Origin: the human T2T-CHM13v2.0 reference genome, Homo sapiens
Strand: one strand, 5' to 3'
NCBI RefSeq assembly: GCF_009914755.1
Contig: NC_060929.1
Length of the DNA: 64,000 nt
A program made the position numbers and the translations under genes. The notes beneath the pieces were generated by a model. The model made no database searches and had not been told where the DNA came from. It saw nothing but the letters and a program-made list of their open reading frames with translations. Positions 40,039-52,989 of this stretch are shown here, in pieces (position 1 is the stretch's first letter; each line of letters starts with the position of its first letter).

Positions 40039-40504
40039 CTCCTGAAGCTGTAAGCAAGTCATAGCTGGCATGGATTAGGGCAGCGAAGCTCAGCTGAAAA
40101 CTGTACCAAGGGTACCAAGAGGCTTCCTCCCGGCTTTCAGAGGAGTAGCCCCTGGGGCCTGGGAGCTGCAAGGCCAAGTCTAGACATGCAGCCTTAAAGT
40201 GGGAACAGCTGATAAACCAGAAGGCGGAGGCTTGCAACACAAAGAAATATCTCTTGGATGCTCAGCCCTCCAGGGCAATAACCATAGTCCAGAGCTATCC
40301 GGTAAAGAAGAAACCAAAAAGCTCTGAGGCATAGCACCCCTAAACCAACTTACCCAGGAAGCTAGAAGGAGCAGAGGTGTTTTCCCCCAGGGCTGAGAAA
40401 GCCAAACTGAACTGGTGGTTACTGTTCCAAAATTTGAATCAACCTAGAGGTAAAGAATTCCATGGGGTGCTTTCTAGTTGGGGAAAGTGGTAGAAGGGGT
40501 GAAG

Positions 40505-40640
40505 GCTAATATTTACTAAGTTATGAGATTCTTGTATATGTTGTCTTTTAATCTTCACAGGAATTCTGCAAGGCAAGTATGTTTATCGCCCAGTTTTACA
40601 AATGAGGCAACTGAAACACAAGAAGTTCACTTTTCCCAAA
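40505..40640 (-). mobile_element. MIR fragment
   Basis: 'tttaatcttcacagg...cccagttttacaaatgaggcaactgaaacacaag'. Confidence 0.65.
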
Positions 40641-43389
40641 CTAAGTTTTCAATTGAAAGTCTACTCCCTATCTGTTGTCTTTCTTGTAGTGAGGGCTCAA
40701 GACACAGTCCCTAACATATCAACTATCTGGTTTTTAACCCCAGAATGAAGGTTTTCAATATTTATATTAATTGATTTTTTATTAGATTTTTGGGGAAGAC
40801 ATTAATATAACATGCTTTTTTAATATGGCACCAAATGACTATTTCCAAGAAATAGTCATATAGATAGTGAATCTTGCCCAGATGGTCTAACTATTCCATT
40901 CAAATAACTATGGCTCCTTCTTGACTATAATCTCTAAGATCTTGTCTTGTAGTCTAGTTTTAGTCTGTGTTTTGTAATTGCCTATTTATTAATGATGTCT
41001 GTATCATAAAATTAGAATTGTGAAGTTAACATCTAATTTTCAGTTTGATGGAGAGAATTTATGTATAAATAATAGTGAAATTAAAAAATCCTAACTAAAC
41101 ATAGATATTTATAGTAAAATATTGTACATACAGGGATATACTTTCTATGAAGAGTGATAAGAATATCACCTTTTAATTTCATTTACCAGAAACTTCTAAA
41201 TAAGTAAAACCTTGGAAAATTTAGTTTTCTATAAAAAGAATTTTACAAGAAGTTTTCCAGGCCACTGAGAATGTTTGAGGTGAACTGGCACACTCATTTT
41301 TCATTATGACCTAAGTTGTTTCTCTTAATTCAGATTGTAGTAGTGGGGCCTTTACATGGAAGATTTGTGCAATTGTATTGTGAGGCTGGAGTGAATTTTA
41401 AAAGGTTATGTATTCGTATATTTTTATCTTCTCAATTTGGCTGGGCCATTTAGGGTGGATAAAGTGTTAAGGTTATTAGAGAGGAAAGCTCACCGCCTAC
41501 CTTACTAACTCTAATAAGCTTCCATCTTGCTGTATGCTTTATTTTAAATCTGTACCAGCCCTACAGGAGGACAGAAAATGAAAAAAGTAAGAAAACGTGA
41601 AACTATGTCACATGAATAGAGTTGAAGAAAGTTTAGCTAACTAGGAAAAGGATAAGCCATTCTTTAAGCATTGGAAGAGATGTCAAAAGAAAAGAAGACG
41701 CTTGTCTTCTAAGTGTTACTCATGCTAATGGATAAAAATTACAGGAAAATTGACTTCAGTGATAAACTAAAAATAATTTTATGACAAGTATTTAGAGCAT
41801 TTCCTATATTTGCAGTTGTTGTTGTAGAAGGAACGGAAACACTAAACAAGTATTTGGGCTAGGAAATGTCTCCCATTTTGTAGACAATTTATTTGAACCT
41901 CAGGGAAGTTAAGTAACTTTCCCTATGTATCACACAAATTGTGCCAGAGTTGGAACTCAAAACCAAAGCCTACTTCAAGTCCAATGAATATTGCATTGTA
42001 CCCAGTTTCTAATGCTCAGAATTTCAGTCAATGACCACCCCTTCATTTTTGCATAGGAGACAATTTAGTCCCGGAAAGAGAAGGGAACTTGCCTAAGTGT
42101 ACATGTAAAACAAACTAAGGCTCATGTAAATGGAAAGCTATTACTGTACATTTGTTTGCAATGGTAGGATAAATTATAGATGAAAAAATTCTCACATCTT
42201 GAAGTAGGAAGATCGGCAGAGGTTACTTTGTCAATTGTAAAGATCCCTTTTAGAGCTTGCTTGATAAATGGTTATTCAGCCGGAGCTTAAAAGTTCAATC
42301 TTGTGAATATTCCTTTCCATATTTGTCAGAGAGCACTTTTATGTTGAAATAGAAAACTGTCTCTTTTTCTGGTAAAACTTCTACACTCAGAAACAATATA
42401 GAGTAAATTTGCTTTTTTATATGCCAGATCTTCAAATTTTGAAGAAGTCTCAATTGGTAGAGTATCATTATTATGCCTAATTGCTTGGGTGTTGATAATG
42501 CTGTTTTTTTTGTTGGTCAGTTAATAGTCGAAAAGGTTAAGACTCAAGTAATTATTAGAACAAAAGTACATATCTTGGGAAGCTTTATTGGTTTGTCAAC
42601 TGTTTCTATGCAAAACGGAAATTAAAGGTAAGAATAAAATGTGCAAGAAAAATGTGAATTCATAAATTGTGAAGCATGAGGTGAACAATGCTTGCTTTTT
42701 ACCACCAGAGGTCTTCAAAAGACCTATAATAGCTGCATCTCTGCCAGATGAGGAGGAAAAAATCTCTAGCTAAGCTGACAGAGATTCTTAGCAAGTAATT
42801 TGCTTAAGAGCTTAAGTAACTTTAGTATGAATGTTCTATAGTCTTAATACTAAACATTTCTGCTAGATAGATTTCAGGCAATGAAAACAAACAAAAACCC
42901 CAAAACAATGCAGAACCAACCTTCAAAATGCAGAACAGTTATAATGTATCATTTTACATTTTATTTTAATTTATTACCTAATTATTTTAGTTTATATTGG
43001 GAAGCTTCTGATGCTAATTATAATGATTTAAAAAACATAAATATTACATAGAAGTGGAAATCCACTATCATTTACATAAATTTAATGAATATACTCTGTA
43101 TGTAGATTATAAACATATTGTGTGTATGTATGAAATATCCTAATTTTGCTGTTAAATTTAAAGCTTAGGAGACAATGTGGGCTAATTCCTTTGACTTATC
43201 CTAAACTATGATGAAGCAAAGACAGCCAAAGATTTTCTATCAACTTGGATGAACAGTTTCCCGTTTGGACTTAAAAAAACAATAAAAGGACTTTAGATGA
43301 ACTGATACTAGAACCTATAATAATATGCATAATAATTTGAGTAGTAACAATCTGATTTCATTAGTATTTTGTATTTTTATGTTACTTAC

Positions 43390-43740
43390 TTAATTCAATA
43401 CTTATGGAGGGCCTACTATGTGTCTGCTATTTTACCAAGTGATGGAATACATAAAAATTGCAATCACACCTGACAAAATTCAGTTTACTGCAAGAAAAAA
43501 GACAAAAAATTGCAATTCAACTTTATAAATACCACATTAGGAAAATGGCAATCATATGGGCTGTGGGAACCCAGTGAGTGAGTTCCTAACTTAGGGAGAA
43601 TCAGAAGATTTCACCAAAGAACTGACCTAAGAATGAGATGCTGAGAGAGACACAAGGCATTCATGCAGTTGGGCAGGGGAATGTTCCACGGAGGGGAGAG
43701 AATACTAGAAAATGCTGGGAAGTGGATGGATAAATGTGCC
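43390..43740 (-). mobile_element. L2 3' fragment
   Basis: 'attcaatacttatggagggcctactatgtgtctg...gggctgtgggaacccag...ggagaatcagaagatttcac'. Confidence 0.55.
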
Positions 43741-43846
43741 TCCTAGACCTCTAACACAAGCTGCTTTGCTTGCTCTGTGTAAAATGAGTTCAGGAAGTAC
43801 ATCCTTGGCTGTTTTATATTAAGAGAGAGGAAAGGGCTAATGTTGA

Positions 43847-44224
<378 letters not shown>

Positions 44225-44423
44225 CGTAATTCTTATTTGTTATTTTAACCATTAATCCTATGAAAATAAATAGTAGTTCTCTTATCAGGATCCAAACAAA
44301 ATTTAGAAAGTAAATTTATGCAATGAGCTGAAAAAGAATTTCAAAATTGTTATTTTTTAATTATCTAGCTCATATTTTTTCTTTCTCATGAACTTTTTTC
44401 ATTCTGTCCCTCCTTCTGGGGAT

Positions 44424-44496
44424 AGAGACTGTATGGTCCACAAAGTCTAAAATATTTATCCTTTGGCTTTGTCCAGACAAAGTTTGCCAACCCTTG
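44424..44496. mobile_element. MER58A terminal fragment
   Basis: 'agagactgtatggtccacaaagtctaaaatatttatc...aaagtttgccaacccttg'. Confidence 0.75.
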
Positions 44497-45889
44497 ATTG
44501 TATGTTATGCTACTTAGTACAATTTTATTGGTCTATGCCACATTACTGTTTCTCAGTTGCTCTTTTTGGACAATGATGTAACAAGATATGTTACACATTA
44601 AACCTTTACAACATACATAAAAAAATTGAGATAGAAAGATAAGTGTGCAGTGACTAAAAAAGTTTATAAATACATATGTACAGGGATCTTTTTGTAAGAT
44701 AAAGTAAAATTGAGTGAACACAGACACCTTAAAGAAAATATAATGAGCAGAGGAAATAAAAATATCTGTATTATAGATAACTTGTCTGTTAAATAACCTG
44801 TTTTTAAGCTTTCTTATTATGACATTGTTTACTACTCATTGTTTACTATTGTTTATTGCTCAGAAAAAAAAAGCTATTGAGTTAGTACCATCTGTGAAAA
44901 TAAGTATACTTCATTTATTTTAAAAGACAGAAATTATACCAAGGTCAGCTAAGATAATTTTCCTACTCTTACCTATAACATTATGTTATTTGTACCACTT
45001 GTACTGCAGTTCCCAGTAATTAAAACAGCAGGTTACCGATGGATTATTTCGGCATGGGCACACTCACTTTCCTGCCCTCAAGTTAGAGGGACATTGTCTT
45101 ATGTAGACACTGCCCATTATCCATGGGCAAGATTCCCTCAAATTACCCTTGGAGGAGAAAGGTAGCCTAAATAGATCTCTTTCATTTGTCTCATGAGTCT
45201 TTGAAATGAACTATATTAGTGACTGTTAGCTGAGTTACTCCAAACAGAAAAAACAATTCAGTAATCTTATGCTTTTGATGTCAACTTGACATAAAGTTAA
45301 AATGAAAGAGATTGTTATTTAAGAGAAGACTTTAAGCAAGTTTCTTTGAAGTGCATATTTATTTGTAAAGAAAACTTATTTTAGGTCAATTGGAAGAAAC
45401 CACATTCCTCTGAACATTCTCTAATGTTACTGCATTGCATACCTGCAAATAGTGGTAGTTAGGAAAAACTGGGGGAGAAAGGAGAAAAGATAAAAATGTT
45501 TCAGAACAACATGTTCATTTGATTTTAAGCATATGCAGAATATGCAGAAAAATCTTAGCAAATATTGTACATGTCCCTTAGATGATGCCAAGTTTCTGCT
45601 TCTTTTTCATAACCAGAAAAACATTTTTTTCTAAACCAGTGTATAAATATCCAGATAAGATATTTCAGTGCATGATAGAAAATTATATTTTGTCTGATTA
45701 TTCCTAGGTATAAAATGTGTAAACTGTTTATCACCATGTTTGAGTTCTCACAAATTCTTGGCAATGTCCCAAGTTCCATTTGACAAGTTTCTGTATTGAG
45801 AACTCCAAGGCTGCCTTGGAGATAGATGTAAATCTCTTTGATAATTTACAGATTTCCACACAGGTTATGAAATAATTTCTATGGTCCTG

Positions 45890-46215
45890 TTCACCTATAT
45901 TGCTTACCTCTTTCCCTCCTCACCATCTGTCAAAATCCTACCATTCATTTTGAACTTTGTTCAAGCCCTATTATATTCGTGAAGACTGTTTTGATCATAG
46001 AGCCTGACAAGATCCCTCCTTCCTCTGCTCTCCCATAGCATTGATTACCAAGTCCACTCATGTGCTCTGTATTTTTACTGTGCTGTCTTGTACTGCTCTT
46101 CAGTAAAATTTTATTTGTCCTACTGGATAACAAGCTCTTAAGTTAGTGACCAGGTCTTATACTTTTGTGATCCCCGCATGATGCCTTGAACGTATTGATT
46201 TCTCAAAAATGTCTG
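45890..46215 (+). mobile_element. L2 3' fragment
   Basis: 'tcctctgctctcccatagcattg...ctactggataacaagctcttaag...caggtcttatacttttgtgatcccc'. Confidence 0.55.
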
Positions 46216-46554
46216 AAACCATTTTTCATGAAAAATATAAGTGGTTTTGGATTGTCACCTTTTAAGATTACACATACATGATTCAGATAATCTTTTGGAT
46301 AATTGAGTTGATTAAATCATTTCCACATATGAAACTAGAAGAGTAATCTCTTCCAAATCATTATTGATTGCTCATGAATTAAATACTCTACAGAAGGTAT
46401 ATTTGTGAAATATCAATATGGTAGTAAACATATCAGTATAATAATAATTTCTGTCAGTGTTTATGATTTTTATGGCCCCATGCTAGGGCTTATTAGCTTG
46501 AAGCTCCTTATTATTTGCTTTTTTTTTTCAAATACATTGATGGAATACCCAAAT

Positions 46555-47000
46555 TGAGAAAAATTATGTTAAGTGAAATAAGCCAAGCACTGAGAGATAA
46601 ACATTTGCATGTTTTGTCTCCTATGTGGAAGCTAAAAAAAATACAAATTGGATTCATGGTGATAGAGAGTAGAATGATGGTTACCAGAGGCCAGAAAGGA
46701 TAGTGGGAAGGCAGCAATAAAGAGGGGATGGTTAGTGGGTACAAAAATAGAGTTAGAGAGAAGAAATAAAATCTAGTGTTCAGTAGCACAATAGGGCAAC
46801 TAGACTTAACAATTTATTGGATATTTCAAAATAACTAAAAGAGTGGAATTGGAATATTCTTACCACAAAGAAGTAATAGGGTGATATGTATCCCAATTAC
46901 CCTGATTTGATCCTTAGCAATCATATGCTTGTGTCAAAATAACACATGTACTCCATAAACATGTACTATTATGTAACCATAATAATCTTAAAAAATTAAA
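46555..47000 (+). mobile_element. L1MA (MA4/MA5-like) 3' end
   Basis: 'attatgttaagtgaaataagccaagcac', 'gatagagagtagaatgatggttaccagagg' and 'cccaattaccctgatttgatc'. Confidence 0.85.
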
Positions 47001-47412
47001 GAGTCATGGTGAAATATATTCCTTCTTTGGAACAACCACCCAAATGTGAGAAAAATCATGTTTGCATCTAGAAATGATGGAGGAATATCCAGATCAATAT
47101 ACATATGTCTCACAAGCAAGGAATTAAAATCAATGTAAGTATAAATACCTGTATGTTCTATGATTTTATTTTATTTATTTATTTTTGAGTAAAAATGGGG
47201 AAGGCAGTAAAAAGACCTTTTTAGTTTATCTCTAAACTTTTCAATACTTTTAAATTTCAACTTTTTTTTTTGAAATTTCAACTTTTAAAGTTATTTTTAC
47301 AGACCCCCAAATCAGGCCTCATCTGAAGAAGAGAGTTACCCACAATTTGGGCAAGAGACTGATAAGGCACCATAGAAGGCACGTATGCAGACATCATTAT
47401 GAATCACAAAAC

Positions 47413-48050
<638 letters not shown>

Positions 48051-48869
48051 TCTTATCATGTTGCTTTCTGTTATCATGTTGCTTTTTTTTTTTTTTTTAA
48101 CATTTAACAATCTTGCTTATCAAAATACCCCCAGAGAGTTTAGAGGCCACAGATGATAGATAGATGGGTGGATAAATGGATGGACCTAGATAAAAGGGAA
48201 ATTTGCAAATACACTTCAAATTAACTTCAAAGAACTTTTTACAAGTAGCTTGTGAAAAAAAGCAGAATTTGCCATTTTATAGAAATTGTTCGCTTTTAAG
48301 GAGTTTGACATTTCTACCTCATATTCAGCGTGCTCTCCATTTGACCTCTGAGTCCTTGCCTGTTGTATTTTCACTTAACTTGCCTTTCTCCTTTTTAGAA
48401 AAACAATTTCCTTGTAATGGATTTTCTTTTAGGGTTGAAACTCAGTTCAACAGGAAACAGACTGACTGATTCAGAACTGCAAGAAACCTTGAGGCAAAAA
48501 AATTCAACTCCATGCCATCATTTTACTGATGCATAAAAAGCTGACATTCAGTATAGTTACACGGTTTATCTAGTCTATGGGAGAGACACAGGTCTCCTAA
48601 TTCTCAGGGCGGTGGAATTCTGTGACCCACTGCATCTTAATGAGATGCTGAAATCAAACAGTTATGAAGTTGATTGACAATTTTTTTTTGTAATTTAGTG
48701 ACCAGGTTGATTTGGAACTGTCTTTACTAATTCATTTTTTGAAATGCTATTATTAATATGGAGACCATGAAAAATTGAAAAATGCCGTTTAATATAGGAG
48801 CACAGATACTGTTGTACATCAATACTGGCTTCAGTCTCCCTTACCAGCTTCACGCTGGTTCATTCTGAA

Positions 48870-49238
48870 ACTTGCCATACACATCATGGCTCTACGACTT
48901 AGCCCCCTGTACTCCTTTATCTGGAATCTTTCCACATCTTGACTGCCTGGAAAAAATCTTACTTATCCTCCCTTTTATGTGTCTTAGCCTTACCCACACC
49001 TTCCCTCGCTTTGGCAGAGTTAATTTCCCACTTGTCTGTGATATTACAGCAATTTCTGCCCTTTTTATGATACTTATCTATGTTTTATTGCCATTATTTC
49101 TTCACCTATGTTTCCTGCTCCTGACCGGAAGCTTCTTGAGAGCAAAAATTTTGTCTTAGCCCTCTTAGCATCTCCTATGACAATGTAATGCTAGGAACAT
49201 ATTGGGGCACTGCAAAAATATTTCTCTTGAATAAATTA
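48870..49238 (+). mobile_element. L2 3' end
   Basis: 'ctgaccggaagcttcttgagagcaaa...atgctaggaacatattggggcactgcaaaaatatttctcttgaataaat'. Confidence 0.6.
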
Positions 49239-50976
49239 TTTGAAAATCATGGTATCTTTCAAAGAAAATGCCCCAAAAGAAAACATGATGTCCAAAAATC
49301 AGGGCTGTAAGTAAGACTATATGATCAGATAAATATAAGAAAATATTTGCTGTCATTTTTACTAACTGAATTTTGTACAGTTATAAAGTTTGAAGTTAAT
49401 ACTTTATTTTTTTCAGTGGTCTGTGTTTTATGTTGCTTTTTTAGTAACAGGGATAGATTCATATGTCTCCAATCATAATATCTTGCCTGGATGTTAGTTT
49501 GGCTAACATTAATTTAGTCATCTGTTGACTAAAGAATAAGCCTCTGATCATTCCTTCTAATTTGAGAACTTCTAATAAGAAAGCCAGTGACTAGTATAAA
49601 TTATAAATCTTTATATCACTATAATTTTGGTAGATCCAAGGTTTAATATAGTATTACATATATGGAACAGATCTGTCATAAATAAAATGTAACTGCTCCT
49701 ATTTATAGAATGAATTCACATGCAAACACTTCATAAAGCTGTTTTCTCTTCACAACTAAGAAAGATGGAAAGCCAAACGTCAGCTGTAGGATATTTAATT
49801 AAATAGATTATATTTGTTTTCATTGGTACGCTCCCAAAAATTAAGCATAATTCATAACACATTGGGCTTTTAGAGATATTGTCTTCTGGTCCCTACATAG
49901 AGTTATATAATACCCAGCTGTTTGTTATTAATCACAGTTTGTAATGGCTCAAGAGTTTATTCTGTACTGCTTAAAACAGCAAAAATGCAATGATTTTTTG
50001 TTAGTTTGTTTTTTAGAGTGAACAAATTTTGGATATCTGAAACTGATAAATCAGCATTACAATTCCTTAATGGGGAGCTTTTGCTTTCCCAATGTCTAAA
50101 ATCAGTGAAACATCTGTAAATATGCTTATATTGAGCTTGACAGACCCCCTTTATATAACAAATTGTAGTTACATAATCTATAACTAAAATGATGATTAGG
50201 TGGTATACATGAGCTCCTTCCTTAGAGATTTCCAATGGTGCAGGAGACAGGTGCAGAAGTATCCCAGAATCCAAGATTCTTTATATGGAATTTCTAAAAG
50301 GTCTGCTATTTTTCTTTTTTCTTTTTTTTTTTTTTTTTTTTTTTTTTGCCATTTCAGCATTTACAAAAATGATCTGTCATTTCAGTAGCCCTAGTGGAGA
50401 CCACATTGCCAAGGAATGGACCTCAATATTATTCTCTTTATCTTTGCACTGCTTTACTCCCAGAACCCAAGTCCTTGTGTATTTGTGCATTTGTGCATAA
50501 CTAAGTTAAGGTTATCCTATCCTAAATGTGCTGATTAATATATTAAATATGATATTTCTTTCCTCCTTTTTTATTTTTTGAAGGTGAAGTATTTCTCAAA
50601 CAAATCATCACCTTTATTCAGGGGAAATGCATATACTATAGCCAATTAAATGCTACTACAGATGCACCATGAAATTTTCAGTTCATGTGAGGCATAGCTA
50701 CATTCCTTTAGTAGACATTCTGCCCCTTCCCAAGAAAACAAGTTTCTTTGAATGCTTCTAAGACAGAAGAGTAAAAACAGATTTGCACAGATAACTAAAA
50801 GTGTGTTTCCAAATGTCCACAGCTTACCAGGTTATAGTACCTAGGTCATTCAATTCTTTCCTTGTAGCTACTTCTTGACTGGGAAGTGGGTTTTTGTTTT
50901 TTGTTTTGTTTTTTCATGTAGAACATAAGATGTTACATTGTTTTACTAAAACATCGCATAAGTCAATGAAAACTAA

Positions 50977-51412
50977 TTCCACGGGACAAGTTCCCAAGGA
51001 ACAGATCCGGAGACTCTGAGATTTTCATGTAGGTTTGTTGGGAATGGCTCTTGGGAACACCTAGGAAAAGTGATCGAGGCAATGTTGAGCAGGAGAAGCT
51101 GAGCTATGATGCAGTTGCAGTAGTGGTCTCAGACAATCCTACAAGAAGTTTTCCTTCTGGGATGGCCCTTCAGAGTTTTTATGTCTTGAGGTAAGGGGCC
51201 AGGCTTTTACACTCCTATATCTACCAGTCATTTGATGCAAGCCACGCTTGGTGGGGACCAGACAGAGTAACTTTGAGTCACTCTGCTCTCTGGCTGAGGC
51301 CAGTTTCTCAAGATAAACTAATCTGAGAGCTGTCAACACTCCCAACAATGGAAAAAAAAGTCCTTAACTCCTGAGGAGGGAATCTGAGCAGGGCACTACA
51401 GTGTTCACTACA
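50977..51412 (-). mobile_element. LTR16A-like ERVL solo LTR
   Basis: 'gatgcagttgca', 'ctgggatggcccttcagagtt', 'aaggggccaggc' and 'accagtcatttgatgc'. Ends 'cactaca'. Confidence 0.75.
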
Positions 51413-52989
51413 AGGAGGTGCTTAACTTTTGCTACAGTAGTCTTGTAATGCTAATAGTGAACGATAATTAACTTGGGTGTTACATAGAATACTAAAACTT
51501 TTTAAGTAAACTATGTATTATCAGTCATGGCTAACATCTGAATTATTCTGTAGCATGGTTGTCTTTATCTTTAGAAATCTAAAATGCCAGCCTCTAATTT
51601 CCAGCTGAGACCCTAGGGAGGTTAGAGTTCAGATTATCATTAGCTTTAATGAGAATAATTTGTATGGAATCCCATATGTTAGTGAAAGAATATAAACATC
51701 TCCACATATTGAGCTTTGAATATCCCTTTGTTTACTTCAGCCTTTAAATGAATACAAAATTGTTTTGTTTACAGAGTTTTTATCAAAATAACATTGAAGA
51801 TTTTTCATGTTTTGTTTTATTCCTAATAGACTTTCAAATATATTAGTATAAGATCAGTATTTTAAAATGTTTTTATTAATCTAAGTTAAAAATTATAGGT
51901 AAGGAAGAGTTACACTTTCTATTATGTAATACAGCTAAAATTCTAAGGTGAAATGGATGTATTTTGAAGATAAATTCAGAGTGAAAAAGAAGACAGTAAT
52001 TGAGTGATATACATCTTGATGTTTATTGACAAAGTGACTGCCATGGCAAAAATAAATCCAGATGTTTGAGTATAAAAGAATGGCAAAGTGGTATAATTAA
52101 ATCAAACACATGAAATTTACTAGTTGAATGAACAGGTCAATTTGCATTTAACACTAAGGGATCGATTGATATTTGGAATGAGGGTTGGTGACAGATGGCA
52201 TAGTTTTGTAGTCCCATTTCAGTCAGTTAACAAGTAATTGACAGATGTACTCATGGTGCTGAACATTATTTAAATAGAAATGTTTAGAATTGTTTCTTAA
52301 AATAACTTCAAGGTTTTCCATTTGTGACTATAGTTAATTCTTAAACTGTACTAGGTAAATGGACATATTTCATGAATTTAGGATTCCAGTGATGTTTTAA
52401 TTGAATGAGTAAGTAATTCTCATAGTTTATTTAATGAAACAATCTGTCTGATCTTGGTCTATACTAATATTGTTTCTTAGTCCATCAAATTGGTGGCTGT
52501 AACAAAATGAAGACTTCCAAAAAATGAATATCAATTTTATATGGTAAGAGACACAGCTCAAAAAATCATTGAGTAGAAAGAAATGACAATGTAGTTGTAC
52601 TCTTCTTAAAGTTTTAATTATCAATGGACACTACCCTCATAGAATTATGTACTGTTCTAGTTACTTTACTTTTAAAGCTCAGGAAATAAAGTTTGATTTA
52701 CTTTGTGTTGTCCTAGAGAAAAATGGTTCCAAGACTGTAAAATGTACCCAGGTTAGCATCCATGTAGCTGTATATATTGATAACAGTTGACCTGATAAGA
52801 AAGTATAGATGACTGATAGAATAAGAAAAATATACATTAAAATCTACGTGGGGAAAATTTTGTTAAATTAGTGAACAAAGATTTTAATATATGCCCCCAT
52901 TGCTCTACCCACAAAGTTCATTAAAAAGTTGGGTTAAATATAAGAATCTTAAAAAAATAAACAACTACCAAGGACAAAAATGTCAAAGA

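Noticed and set aside
48053-48098. Duplicated TTATCATGTTGCTTT next to a T run as a TPRT scar
   Set aside because: The T run lies outside, not between, the copies, so this is a simple tandem duplication.
50304-50356. Long T tract flanked by TGC(T/C)ATTT as a solo poly(A) insertion
   Set aside because: The putative TSD is only 8 nt with a mismatch and cannot be told apart from a slippage-expanded tract.
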